Made by a program: the position numbers and the translations under genes | In this document: piece after piece, positions 42,961 through 58,772 of the stretch | Position numbering within the stretch: position 1 is the first letter of the stretch | Layout of the letters: the number at the start of each line of letters is the position of its first letter | The notes under the pieces: generated by a model | The model's database searches: none | The model's input: only the letters and a program-made list of their open reading frames with translations | Told to the model about the DNA's origin: nothing | Assembly (NCBI GenBank): GCA_964016885.1 | Contig: OZ024752.1 | Location: 9,610,001-9,674,000 of the forward strand | DNA: 64,000 bases | Source: Eledone cirrhosa | Taxonomy: Eukaryota | Direction: 5' to 3'

Positions 42961-44337
42961 GGGAGGCCAGCTAGTGGGACCCAATTTGCTAACCATACTG
43001 AGAGATGAAGAGGGCGAGAGAGATGGACGTGATGACAGTGGGAGTGGCCAGCTCTGAAACCAAAAGCAACTCTGCTGTTGCTGGCAGGAAAGGACTTAAT
43101 GGCAGATATGATGTTTGCGTCTGATGCCACAAAGAGATATTCCATAACACCCGTATCAGAGACGGGTGATATAAAAAAAATATACCTTAAATTCTGTTAC
43201 TGTAACTTTCAAATATAATTAAACTCAAAATATTTTTGTTCATATTGAGTTATCAGCTGTGTTAACGAAACTACACGTAAATAACGAGTGTAATTATTTA
43301 CCATATGCACACGGTTGAAATAGAAGTTTGCTAAACTACATTAAATCTAGGATAATGTTCATTTTCTTTCACCGTGTTCAAGATTTATATGGTTAGAATT
43401 GACTAACTTGATGAATAGTAACTGGCAAGTAATTAAATTGTGGCCACACAATAACAGTTCTTTGTAGCTGAGAAAATGAGAGGAAGCAAAGAAGGAAGCA
43501 TAAAATGTACGTGTGTTAACTGGAATTTATGACATAGAAATACAAACTAAAAAAAACACCCTCCAAAAATACAAAGAATAAAGAAGCAAAAAAGATAACC
43601 GAAAAAACAAAAAAAAACAAAAACACGGAAACACACAAAACGAAAAGCACAGCAAACAAACAAAAAAAAAGAAACAAGATAAAAACAAATAGCAACAAAC
43701 ACAACCCGACGAATGAAAGCTCATTTCGTTTGAACAAGTAGCATGACTCACTTAATTGAAGTTGTTACACTGTCGTTAGATGTGATGTTAATAATGAAAA
43801 AGCGGCAAAGACATTGGAAAGAAATTTTAGCATATTATCAAACCTTTGAGGTGTTTATTTTTTATTTAGTCAAATGGAACATCTTTCCATTAGCGACGCT
43901 TTTATCAGATTACCGAGAATATTTTATAACTCAGTCTGGTGTGACAATATTTTCTGTTAAGTCGAAAACTTTGTGGCAAATTACCAAGGAAATCTCAGGC
44001 AATTTGTATCCGATTAAAAGCACAATTCTATTCTATATAAACGTAAATTAAATTCAGGCTTTCAAGCAAAATATTCAAAGTAAATCAGTAAGACTTGGTC
44101 AGCCATTTTAACACATATAGTAATTACTAGTAATGATAGTCTATTAAATCCCAACAATTTTCTTTCTATTAAGTGTAACATTTTACTGTAAAAATATGTT
44201 ATTCAAGATATTCAAATATTCGGAAGATAGCCGCTACTTTTCAGCTTCTTTTAAACCTATATAAATCCCACATGAAATTCATGTCCCCGTGCAACATTAA
44301 CATTTTGTCCCTTTAAGAATGTTGTCAATAACACTCG

Positions 44338-45618
44338 TGGCACAAGGCCAACGATTAACCAGTGTATTAGTGGTACTCTATTTTATCGACCCCGTAAGGA
44401 TGAAAGGCAAAGTTAACCTCGGCGGGTTTTGAACTCATAAAGGGCCGTAACTCTATGCTGCAAAGCATGGCGTCCGACCCTCTACCGATACTGCCAATCC
44501 AAGCGCCCTTGTGAATATGTGAATATTTATAATACAAGTGAATACGACAGGTTATTATTGTATTTGCAGCGTAGTTACGACCCTTTACTATCTGAGTTGA
44601 AATTCCGTCGAGCTTAAATTTGCTTCTCATCCTTACGGGACCGATAAAATGAAGTACCAGTAATGCATTGGGATAATTGCTGGCCTTGTGTCAAATATAG
44701 AAACAATTATTGTAATAAAAATGTTTTTCTTTTAATTTTGTCAGTATGGTCAGCAATCCTTGGTTATAGTACAGTCGAGACAATTGACCCCAAAACATAC
44801 ATACTATCCTCACCCGGAATCAATAACCAGGCATAATACACTGGGATCAATGTACGCCCCAGAAGTGTGTAAGTGCAGGAAATAAATATATATATATTCA
44901 CTAGGTCCGAACACAAAGGAACCAAACTCCCACTGTCACTGCCTCTGTTTTCCCACTCTTTCCATCTCTCAATCGGTAGAAGGTCGGACGCCATGCTTTC
45001 CAGCATAGTTACGTCCCTTTTTGGTCTGAGTTCAAATCCCGCCGAGGTTAACTTTACCTTTCATCCTTACGGGGTCGATACAATAAAGTACCAGTAATGT
45101 ACTGGGTGATTGCTGGCCTTGTGCCAAACGTAGAAACAACTATTATGAGCAAATGGGGGCCCATACACTAGGTGTTCCTCGGTGAGTTGGTGGAGTCTAT
45201 TCTTCTAAAAGTATTTGGACCGCCATTATTACCAAGGGCGGTGTATTGCCAGTATCGGTAGCAGGTCTGAAGCCATGCTTTGCAACATAGAGTTATGGCT
45301 CTTTACGTTCTGAGTTCAAATCCCGCAGAGGTTAACTTTGCCTTACGGGGTCGATAAAATAAAGTTCCAGTAATGCACTGGGTAATTGCTAGCCTTGTGT
45401 CTAAAGTAGAAACAATTATTACCATGGGTGGTGAATTGGCAGCATCGGTAGAGCGTCTGACGCCATGCTTTTCAGCATAGAGTTATGGCCCTTTACATTC
45501 TTAGTTCAAATCTCACCGAGGTTAACTTTACCTATCATCCTTACGGGGTCGATAAAATAAAGTACTAGTAATGCACTGGAATAATTGCTGTCCTTGTGCC
45601 AAAAGTAGAAACAATTAT
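44338..45618. mobile_element. Cluster of five SINE family 1 copies
   Basis: 44338-44508 -, 44570-44710 +, 44972-45145 +, 45236-45420 +, 45427-45618 +. Confidence 0.85.
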
Positions 45619-45844
45619 TCTCATGGAGACTTTGATCTTAATATGTTCACGCTTGACAAGAACCGGATTACTATATATATCTAGAGGTGCATTTAAATGT
45701 TATGCACTCAGTTCATCTTTCGCTGGTGCACAAATATAAAATGTATTATTGTCTAACTTTATTGATGGATATTCCATTTAGACGATGGGGAATAATTTTA
45801 GGTAAACCTTACAACAACTAACACAAATATAAATATGTTATATA

Positions 45845-46266
45845 CGAGGGTGGACTGAAATGTTCATAGGCTGACTATAAAGGATTGATGCTAGTGTGAA
45901 ATCTTGAATGCATTAATTTCAAATCTTATTAATAAATGCATTGTTCCTTTCCAAGGACTATGCTGAAAAATAAACCTCATTTGGTCATTTCATGAGAATA
46001 TCTCGGTCAGCCTGTGAATAAGTGATGCTAGAGCTGTGGAATCTTGCATGCATTAATTTCAACTCTTTTACGGGGTCTATAAAATAAAGTACCAGTAATG
46101 CACTGGGTAATTTCTGGCCTTGTGCCAAAAGCAGAAACAATTAATTTCAACTCTTCTTATTAATAACTGCATTGTTTGTTTCCTGGGACTCTGAAGAAAA
46201 ATAAACCTCATTTGGTCATTTCATGAGAGTATCTTGGTCAGTCTTGAACTTTTTAGCTGACCCCCG
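45845..46266. mobile_element. Mariner-type MITE with internal duplication and SINE tail insertion
   Basis: TA-CGAGGGTGGACTGAAATGTTCA..; degenerate inverted end near 46240-46266. Confidence 0.55.
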
Positions 46267-46311
46267 GGTGCGCTTAAAATAAACAACCATGTATCATAAA
46301 TATAATTGTCT

Positions 46312-46720
46312 CGATACCAGTTGTGTTATATGGTCTTGACTGTGTTAATTGGACGAACAGGTCACTCCAGAAGCTGTCTACATTCCAGAACCACATCATG
46401 AGACTTATGACTGGCAAGCGGCTCAGCCACCGTATCTGTATCAGTGAGCTGCTCAACATTACCAGACTTAGACCAATTACATCAATTGTCAAGTCAAGAG
46501 TACTCAAACTATATGGTCATATAAAAAGATCAACTCGTGGTGTGAGTAGGTTATGTCTGGAAGGAAGGTTGGCTGGTTAGCAAAGCAGAGGCCGGTAGCC
46601 AAAACGATGGCTTGACAATGACAACTTATGAACTGGACTTGATATTTGTTCTTTTAATTCTGCTGCTGGTGATCGAAATTTGAGATATCACATGTTAATG
46701 CGCAGTCTGCAACTGGCGTT
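46312..46720 (+). mobile_element. RTE-like LINE 3' coding fragment
   Basis: PVVLYGLDC..FQNHIMR..LKLYGHIKR..LEGRLAG..RGR..PKRWLDN. Confidence 0.75.
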
Positions 46721-47332
46721 AGAAGAAGAATCATACATATACAGGCACATTTTTAAAACAAATTAAAATATATTTCGGCGACCAAACCCAATTTTCAAGC
46801 TAGTCGTTAAGTTAACACGATGTTTAATTAACACGACGTTTACTTAACACGTCTCAAATGATAAAACTCCTCTTCCAGTTTAATAATCACAGTAATAGAT
46901 GTGGAATTTACAAAGAAAAACTATTTCTCAGTTGCTAGATCTCTATGTAAATATGAACTTATAATGACTTCGCATATTTATGAGAGTTAAACATAATTAT
47001 AGGAATTTGGTGAATATCTATGGCAGTCTATTTTGATTTACACTTATCAGTGGAGTATAATTGAACAATTAACAGCTAATAACACACACACACTATATTT
47101 ATTATTAATCAAGCTTTCAAACCTTTCCTTGGTCCTCTTCTTTTATATCGCTTTTAGAAGGATCACATGAATTATCAGTAATATATTTATTCAGTTTAAT
47201 CAAACAAACAGCTCCACAATGAACTGCGGTCAATTTATAGCCATACTAATTACAAATTTCCACCATCGTTCGTTCATAAAATCACCCATCTCTCTCTCTC
47301 TGTATATATCTATATCTATATATATATATATA

Positions 47333-47555
47333 CAGGGTGTTTCAAATTTTTTTTTTAATATCATTTGAGATGTAAATACCCCAGAAACTACACGGTCTAG
47401 GACATCAAGACTAAGCAGGCTCTATGTTGAGTTGTTGAGTAACACAGGATTTATTCCTCAAAACATGTCCACGTTATAACATTAATTCACAATATATATT
47501 TCAATGTGACATACTTGGGAACAGGCCCTGCTATCAAATTTTTTGAAACACCCTG
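47333..47555. mobile_element. Tc1/mariner MITE
   Basis: TIR CAGGGTGTTTCAAA / TTTGAAACACCCTG with TA on both flanks. Confidence 0.8.
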
Positions 47556-47834
47556 TATATATATATGTCAGGTCACCAGTTGGTGCTACTGGTAACATGT
47601 ATCCCAGTATAACCTGTCTCATGGTCGGGTCGTTGGCGACTAAACTGGCAACCCCACCAAGGTTTCTTGGTGAGGAGGGTGACTTTGGACATCCTGCAGG
47701 ACTAAAAACAAAGCCTGTCAAAGGGCAAAGGAGCTCTTAAGAGTCAATGGCCATCCAAAATCACCGGGAGAGATGACCCTTTAGCCTTTGTCAAGGCAGA
47801 ATTCTAGGAGAAGGAAAACACCTGCAACCCTGAT

Positions 47835-48163
47835 GGTATCCAATGATGTTGACTTGTTCTTCTTTTTGGTAAATATCATCTTGGTTAAGAGAGTGGGACT
47901 GGCTTTGTGCAGTGCCTTTGCTCACTATAAAAGCTTCACGGCACAGGCATTGCTTTATATCTGGAGATCTCTCTGCACTTGTCGTCACATGGTACCATGG
48001 GTCCAGCACTATGTATCAATAATTGTCACAAGTGTAGTGTTTGTACCAGAGTTTTCAAGTCGCTGGCTGGACTAAAAAGTCACACTCGTTCAGCGCAGCG
48101 GTAGGGGTTCTCCTACATGGATATAAAGTAGTGGCCGTACTCGAAAACGAGTTGGCAGCCACC
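47835..48163 (+). mobile_element. LINE 3' end with C2H2-like motif, ending in (TA)n
   Basis: HKCSVCTRVFKSLAGLKSHTR; copy at 15097-15422. Confidence 0.7.
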
Positions 48164-48318
48164 ATATATATATATATAATTAGAATAGAGACGGTAAAAG
48201 CCAGCTAGACAAATACTCATCAGAGTACCCGATACTTGGGGTAGTAGAGTGCTGGACCCGAATTGTTCGGATCTAGCTGTTGAACCGGTCGGAGCTCAGT
48301 CGTCGGGGTCCCAAATCT

Positions 48319-48359
<41 letters not shown>

Positions 48360-48486
48360 TATATACACACACACACACATATATATATATATATTTATTA
48401 AAATAACAGATTAAAGTTTAAGCAAAGAATCGCTGCTTTCACCCTTAACGGGATCTTCTGAAAATTATTATTATTACTATTATTAT

Positions 48487-48559
<73 letters not shown>

Positions 48560-48651
48560 TAGACATACCCACACACACACATATATATTTATATATATAT
48601 ATATATATATACATATATAGACATACCCACACACACACACACATATATATT

Positions 48652-48707
<56 letters not shown>

Positions 48708-50968
48708 TCTCTCTCCATATAACTATGTTTTTTACTTTGAAAGGCACTAACTGAAGAAGAAAGAAAATTCATCTAAAAAGTGTTTGATGTTATTGTCGGA
48801 CAAAATGGCTTCAATGAACATGAATCACACAATCCTCACTAATGTAACGATGTTAATAAGAAATCAATAAATAATTTCATTGTAAAAGAATTATTTCTCA
48901 ACAGTCAGAATGACCTGCATTGAATGGACAAAGTTAGCATTTATGATAAACCATGCGTTAATATTTATAAATGTCATAAAATATAAATGTCACTATTTAA
49001 AAATATTGAATATTGAAATGAAAAATAATGGAAAATAATCTACATTTGTAACATTTCATGATCTGACTTTTATATAGTTCTGTTATTATCTATAATGAAA
49101 TTCAACTTTTAATTTAAAACAGTCTAGGAATGTATTCCAATCTGAAGACCTATAAGTTATCACAAAGTATCACTCAAGTAATTCCACCCAAAAGATTTAT
49201 TTGAGTGAGAAATCTCTCGATTAGAATTCTCCTCGAAAATTGCCAGTTGGTGTGTGATTAAACGACGGAACAATAAGATTGCAAGAAATAATTAAACGCA
49301 TAACACACTTACTATCCAAATACAAAGGAAATAGATTAAATTTCCGGCAGTCACTTTCATGTATACTTCAATAATAACTTTCTAATGAAACCCGTTGAAT
49401 TGAAAACTTAAAACCTACTTCATCTCAGATCGAGATTTATAATATTATCCATCATTGCATTAATCGACGTCTGTCCTCCGGGTATAATCAAGCTAAAGTT
49501 GAAAACCCACCATGTTATAAATGAAAACTGAAAAAAAAAAAAAAAAATGTAATTTGTACGTGCTAAAGGTTGTATGGTATCTTTCGACCATTGACACACA
49601 CATATATAATCATACACACGCGTATATACACACACATATACGCACATACACACACACACGTCTATACACCTGCACACATCCACATAAACATACACAAAGT
49701 CATACATATTTCATCGCCGCAGAGAAGCACCATAGATGAACCACTGCAAAGACGACGACGACCACGAAATGATGAAACGAAAAGTTCACATCACACACAC
49801 ACACGTTTATACACATATTTATACACAGTGAAACATATACCTACACATACACATAGAAAACCCACACATATCTCATCGCCGCAGAGAAGCACCATAGACC
49901 AACCACTGCAAAAATGACGACCACAAAAGGAAGAAATGCAAAGTTAACATCGGCGAGATTTGAATTCAACGTAGAATGTTGTAACTAAATAACCAAAATT
50001 ATTTCATTCAACGCTCTATCTATAAGGTAATGACGCTCTACCGCCCCACTATAAGGTAATGACGCTCTAGCGTCCTACAATAAAGTACTGATGATAATAT
50101 CTTCAATTTTATTCGACGCTCTACCGTCCTGCAATAATGTAATGTTGACAATATCTTCAGTAATGCCAATCCAGTGCAACATTTATTGCTGCCTAATATG
50201 ACCTACATCGCGTTAAACTACATTGTTACATGACTAACTTTTGCTGATTCGTGAATAAATTGTCTGGTTAAATTCCTCGTATTCTAGTGCATGTTTGATG
50301 CAGTGGTTGTTCAGTAACATTTTAAGCTGCATGCATTTAACTTTAATCCATAAATATATCTTCAAATGTTGCCTAAAATAGATTTTGAGACACAATTATG
50401 TTTCAGTTACCAAACTAAATACAAAGTAAAATAAATCCATTTGAATTTTCGGAAAGCAATACGACGAAATACACGTATTTCAAACAATCCTCTTAATCCT
50501 ATTTTGTGTGTAACATGTCTAAGTAAAATGTCTAAATATAGTATAAAATGCATAAATTACTTCCTCGCATAGAACTTCATTGATATGCACACAAACACAA
50601 ATAAATACACAACATACCCTCACATACACACTCGCATGCAAACACATATATATTTTATAGTCAAGACAGTTATGTAATTTCATCTCATACAACATTTGAA
50701 AATAATCAAATTGTGAAACCAGTTAACTTACTGTAAATAAATATTTAAAAAAAAGCTGTTTCATTCAGTTAAATATTTAAATTATATGTTGCCAGAGGCC
50801 TCCTAGCTCAATGATTAGGGTAATTAGTCGGTACATTGGAGGTACTGAGTTCGATTGCTTTTGGATGCTACTAGAAACAATGTTCCGGCCCTATCGGGTA
50901 CTCAGCCGTAAATATGCATAAGGAAAGTATATACTTTCAGTCGTTCAACAATCTGGCAGGAAGGTATA

Positions 50969-51009
50969 CGTTGCTGACGATAGCTAATAAGCTTGAAACT
51001 CGTACAGCG
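50969..51009 (+). ncRNA. Family A hammerhead
   Basis: CGTTG CTGACGA TAGCTAATAAGCTT GAAAC TC GTA CAGCG. Confidence 0.8.
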
Positions 51010-51394
51010 TTCCTTTGCCAGTGTTGAACAAACGAGCAACGATGGTTGCTAGACATAACAGCTTAATACGGGATTTTTGTTTACAAACACACCGATCATT
51101 ATAATAAATGTTCGGTGAATCCATACGTACATATATGTGTGCATGTATGTATATATATATATACATACTACTGTACGTTTGTATACATATATGTATGTAC
51201 GTGTACATACTTATATTTAAGTAACAGCCGTACTAAGGGTGGTAAATGAAATTTCGTTTCATTTTTTCCGTTTATAGTTTTCGCTGCACCCGGCTGATTA
51301 ACTCACTCGATATGCAAATTGGGCTACTCAGCCGTTAATATGCATAAGGAAAGTATATACTTTCAGACGTTCAACAATCTGGCAGGAAGGTATA

Positions 51395-51435
51395 CGTTGC
51401 TGACGATAGCTAATAAGCTTGAAACTAGTACAGCG
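51395..51435 (+). ncRNA. Family A hammerhead
   Basis: CGTTG CTGACGA TAGCTAATAAGCTT GAAAC TA GTA CAGCG. Confidence 0.85.
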
Positions 51436-51493
51436 TTCCATTGTCAGTGTTGAACAAGCGAGCAACGATGGTTTGTTCAACACTGACAAAGAA

Positions 51494-51534
51494 CGCTGTA
51501 CTAGTTTCAAGCTTATTAGCTATCGTCAGCAACG
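51494..51534 (-). ncRNA. Family A hammerhead (inverted)
   Basis: Reverse complement of 51395-51435. Confidence 0.85.
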
Positions 51535-51765
51535 TATGCCTTCCTGCCAGATTGTTGAACGTCTGAAAGTATATAATTTCCTTATGCATATTAACGGCTG
51601 AGTAGCCCAATTTGCATATCGAGTGGGTTAATCGGCCGGGTCACCGAAAACGATAAGCGGAAAAAATGAAACGAAATTTCATTTCCCACTCTTAGTACGG
51701 CTGTTACTTAAATATAAGTATGTACACGTACATACATATATGTATACAGACGTAAAGTAGTATGT

Positions 51766-53800
<2,035 letters not shown>

Positions 53801-55230
53801 TGTGCATACACATTCCTATTCATATCAAGAAAAACCATAATCGAAAGGAAAGAAAATCTCATTTCCATAACAACACTTCCATATATACTCATTCATACAT
53901 ACATTCATATTCATTAGTATAAAACATAGATGTTACCTTAATATTCGATGTTTAGTGAGTTAATATGCATAAAGAATAGAAAGGAAACAATGATTAAAAA
54001 AAAAACTTGAAAATACTAATTTTCTGACAATATTTACAAATTATTCACTGTTTACACACGACTAGCTTTAGTATGGAGTTTGAAATTTTGAGTAGTCAAT
54101 TATTCTTTTTATTTCGAAATGTTTTTCGAAACTGGTTATTTTTCAGTTATTTGTTTATTATTCTTTTCGTTTATTTAGGTTTATTTAATCCGCCTTGGAA
54201 GATGTTTCACAAAGTCATGACCTACTAAACTTATTTTTTTGATTTTTACTTGAATGAATGTATTGATTTTGAAAAGTTTGACATCCTGATAATAGAATTT
54301 CTCGCTAAATTCCTACAGTGCAAACTAAAAATAAAAAAAAGGATAATAATAAAAAATATGCTACTTTGTATGTGGAAAGATTTGTTTTAAAATATTTGTT
54401 ACTTTCTCTGTATATATTTGGTGTTATCTATAAATATTTTAACTCTTTTTAACATTTATATTATTTATTAAGCAGATAGAAAGATTTGTGGCAGACAGAT
54501 AATCTATAGGTGTTTTAAATTAGGAGGCTGCTTTGTCCATCAGGTTTTATCAACACATATATATGTTATATCGTAAAATAATCTATGCAAACATATACAC
54601 ATATACATACATAGACACACATATGATATATATATATATATATATAATATATGCCTGGTGGCCACCAATCTGTCTATTTCGTTTGTCTACCAACATATCA
54701 GGAACAAATTATATATTTTCTATGTATTTTATCTGAGGAGGACATATTTTGCTTTATGTTATACATAAAAATTTACATCTTCGAAATATATATGATGAAA
54801 TAAATAGGGATGATATAAAGTATATATCTTTCGTTTACTATTATTATATATACATATTAGTATAGTCACCACGAAGCATTGTGATATGTTTGATAAAAAA
54901 ACTGACAAGTTTCAGAAAGTCGGTACAATGATGCGGTAGAAATATATAAATGTCAAATGATAACAAATAAAACGAAACAATATTTTACCCAATATATTTC
55001 AACATGATATTTCAGGGCTGAACACTCTTTTCAAATGTGACAGAAAACGGTTTCGTTTCTCATTTGAAAAAAAGAATTATAGCCCTGACATATCATGTCT
55101 GGGTAAAATATTGTTTTCTTTTCTTTGTCATACTTTACCTTTTATATATTTCTACCACATTACACTGGCCTTCTGAAACTTATCAGTCCTTTATTACACA
55201 CTCACACATATACACGCACTACACGCACAT

Positions 55231-55274
<44 letters not shown>

Positions 55275-55384
55275 TATACATACATAAATGTGTGTGTGTA
55301 TGCTTTTTTGTATACACATGTCTATATGTAGGCATGCGTAAATGTATAGAAATCTAGACAAACACACAAATACACATGATAATA

Positions 55385-57019
55385 ATGTTTTCTAGTATTG
55401 GCACAAGGCCAATAATTTGGGGGAGGGGAAAGTCGATTAAATCGACCCCAGTGCATGACTGGTACTTTATTTTATCGACCCCGTAAGGATGAAAGCAAAG
55501 TTAACCTTGGCGGGATTTGAACTCTGAACGTAAAGAGACGTAACTATGCAGCAAAGCATGGTGCCTGACGCTCTACCGATACTGCCAATCCACCACCCTT
55601 AATAATGATAATAATAATAATAATAATAACTATTGATTCTAACATTTAAGGAAATGACAAATTCTGGCCATAAACGTCTGTAAATATATTAGATATATAT
55701 TAACTGCGTAATCAACGCATTGAAAATATTTAAAAATCTGGCAGCTGTCGTATGCCAAAAAGTGATGTTTCTATATGAAATCAATTTCTATAGGCATAAA
55801 AAAGATATTTATTGTTTTTGCTTGACCTATTGTAATTCATATAATTCTTTTATACGACATTTAACGGCTTATCTGCTTACTTTTGTCATATAATAGAGGA
55901 TACGTGATATAAATAGTAACCGCATATCAACAATTGTAAGGGGGTAAACAAAAAGAAGCTGTGCTAGAGCTAGATCCGATTAACAAAGATGTATATTTAG
56001 ATCATTAGATGCTTCCATATCTTAATATGAAGCCAATAGATAAGGTAATAACGACAAATCATAACAAGCTCTCTACCTTTAGAGTAAATCTTGACTTACT
56101 GTAAAATTACATAGTTTACCAGTATATTTGTTCAGTTATGGTTAGAATGTCTCAGGAAAGAATCGCTGGACAGATTTTACGGGCAAAACCAGCCGGCGGG
56201 AGATCCAGGGGCAGACTCCGACCAAGATGGCTGGATAACACCCAGGAGCTTGCGTGGTCTCGCTTGGGGATCCAGCCGGATCTGTTGGAGACGGTTGCCT
56301 CTGACAGGACTCGCTGAAAGGAGTGTTTCAGGACTCTACCCCTACGACTTTGTTATGAATAGGGGACGAAGAAGAAGATGTAGAAGGAATGTTTTCTTGT
56401 AGTGGATATAACGTGTAAAGGAATAATCAGCGAGGCCCTTATGTGCCCTAGAAATGTTTATACCCATTTACGTTAATAATATTTCTTGCAAACTTCACTT
56501 TATTCACTACATTCTAAAGATGCTATTAGGAAGTAGATATTTTGAGGATTCTGCTCGCACGACCCTTTCACGAATAACAATTGTTTCTACTTTTGGCACA
56601 AGACCAACAATTACCAGTACATTACTGGTACCTTATTTTATCGACCCCGTAAGGATGAAAGGCAAAGTTAACCTCGGCGGGATTTGAACAATTGAACTCT
56701 ACCGATACTGCCAATTCACTGCCCCTTTCACGAAGTCAAGCTTGTTGAATGTGACCCTATAAGTTTTTCTCACTTGATAGTACGATAGGTTTTTTTCGGA
56801 ATGTCGATTTATATGCGTTAGTATAGTAGAAATAATTGTTTCTACTTTTGGCACAAGGCCAGCAATTACCCAGTACATTACTGGTACTTTATTTTATCGA
56901 CCCCGTAAGGATGAAAGGCAAAGTTAACCTCGGCGGGTTTTGAACTCAGAATGGCAAGAGCCGTAACACTATGCGTCAAAGCATGGCGTCCGACCCTCTA
57001 CCGATACTGCCAATCCACC
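55385..57019. mobile_element. SINE family 1 copies (55385-55598, 56578-56725, 56833-57019, all -) and RTE 3' end (56138-56380 +)
   Basis: SINE core; RMSQERIAGQILRAKPAGGRSRGR.RPRWLDN. Confidence 0.8.
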
Positions 57020-57339
57020 AATAATCTCCAGGAATACTGCTTGAAGAATCAATCGGGGTGGTAGTATCGTACATAAGGTAGTATCGTGTATAAGAATACC
57101 CTAAAATGTTCATCGATATTTTTATTTTGAAAAGCAACTAGGAATATTGATTAGGATTTGAAAGAGGAAAGAATTGACGGAATGCGTGATCGACATTTTG
57201 CCAGTTATCTGTTGAATGCATCCAATTCATTCGCATGTTTTTAAGCAGTAGATTTTCTGTATGTTTATAGTTCAATTGTGTGTGAACGAAAAATCTGGTG
57301 GTTTTTGTTTGTATCACAAGTTTTGATTATAAGGAACCT

Positions 57340-57397
<58 letters not shown>

Positions 57398-57537
57398 AGA
57401 GTATTGAAGTTTGTCCTACACTCTTCTACACACTACACATCTCAACCTACATTCACTTACATCTCTCTCTCCACCACCGGATCTTATTACCCGGGGATTT
57501 ACCCATCTGCATTGTTGAGGCTTCCAAAACGACCTAA

Positions 57538-57577
<40 letters not shown>

Positions 57578-57688
57578 ATAATAATAAATTTGAAGACTAA
57601 AATCCAAAGAGGGCTCTATAAGGATAAATAAGATCCTGTTAAGGGTGAAAGCAGCGATTCTTTGCTTAAACTTTAATCTGTTATTTTA

Positions 57689-57746
<58 letters not shown>

Positions 57747-57988
57747 GCAACAGGGGCTGTGTAGTTGCTGGATAAGGTGTATTTATAAATAAGGGGAAAG
57801 CACGAACGGGAGAAAATGTTCCTTCATCAGTTGTCTGCTGGTGATCATGGATATTCCCACATTATATATATATATATATATATATATAACGAAGGAAATG
57901 TGGTAAGGAACCAGGTGGACCATAACGCACCAAAGTACTCAATACTTGAGGTAGTAGAGTGGGTAATAGGAACCAGTACTTACTGGTT

Positions 57989-58035
<47 letters not shown>

Positions 58036-58036
58036 A

Positions 58037-58772
58037 CAAAGTAACAACTTTTGTAATTACGGCAACAACATTAACAACTATAATAGAAAGCATTACAATA
58101 ATTCCAAAGGACAAAAAAGAAATAGAACTAGGAACATAATTTGGTTTGCCCCCCCTTTCTCACTAAACATTAAAACCCACATCGCTAAATTATTTTTCAA
58201 AGCTCTTGATAATCGCTTCCCTAGAACACATAGGTATCACTCAATCTTCAATAGGCATACAATTAAATTAACCTACTCATCCACCAAAAATTTAGCACAA
58301 AATATTAATAGAATAAATAATAGGAACTTAAAACCTACTGATAATAGCATAAATAATATACAAGTTAACAAATGTAACTGTAGAGATAGATCTAAATGTC
58401 CGTTAAATAACAACTGCTTAGTTAAAAATATAGTATACAATTGTAATGTTAATACAGACTAATTCTTTTAACTACGTCGGTTCCACATCGACGGAATTTA
58501 AACTTCGCTATAATAACCACAAGAATTCTTTCACAGATCCAAGTAAAAAATCTTCAACGGCACTATCAGGCGTACTCTGGCAACTTAAGCTAGATAACGT
58601 TAGATATTCGACGGCTTGGAATATTGTCTCAAGAGGGATTCCTTTTAATTCATCCTCTGAGACACGTGACCTCTGCGCAGAGGAGATATTCTTTATACTA
58701 AAATCTAAAAATTCCCTTAACCTACGGACAAATTTATTCAGTTGTTGCAAACAGATTAAACTCAACGTTTAA
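58037..58772 (+). pseudogene. PLE GIY-YIG C-terminus, frameshifted near 58455
   Basis: RNIIWFAPPFS, IKLTYS, CNCRDRSKCPLNNNCL, IVY, YVGST..FKLRYNNH, DLCAEE, LNLRT. Confidence 0.88.

Larger units (their letters stand above)
50900..51765. mobile_element. Retrozyme-like family A array (426-bp period plus inverted arm)
   Basis: HHRs at 50969 and 51395 (+) and 51494 (-). Confidence 0.8.

Noticed and set aside
57745-57860. CTGATGA on the minus strand of a TA-flanked insert
   Set aside because: No GAAA or stem III partner found
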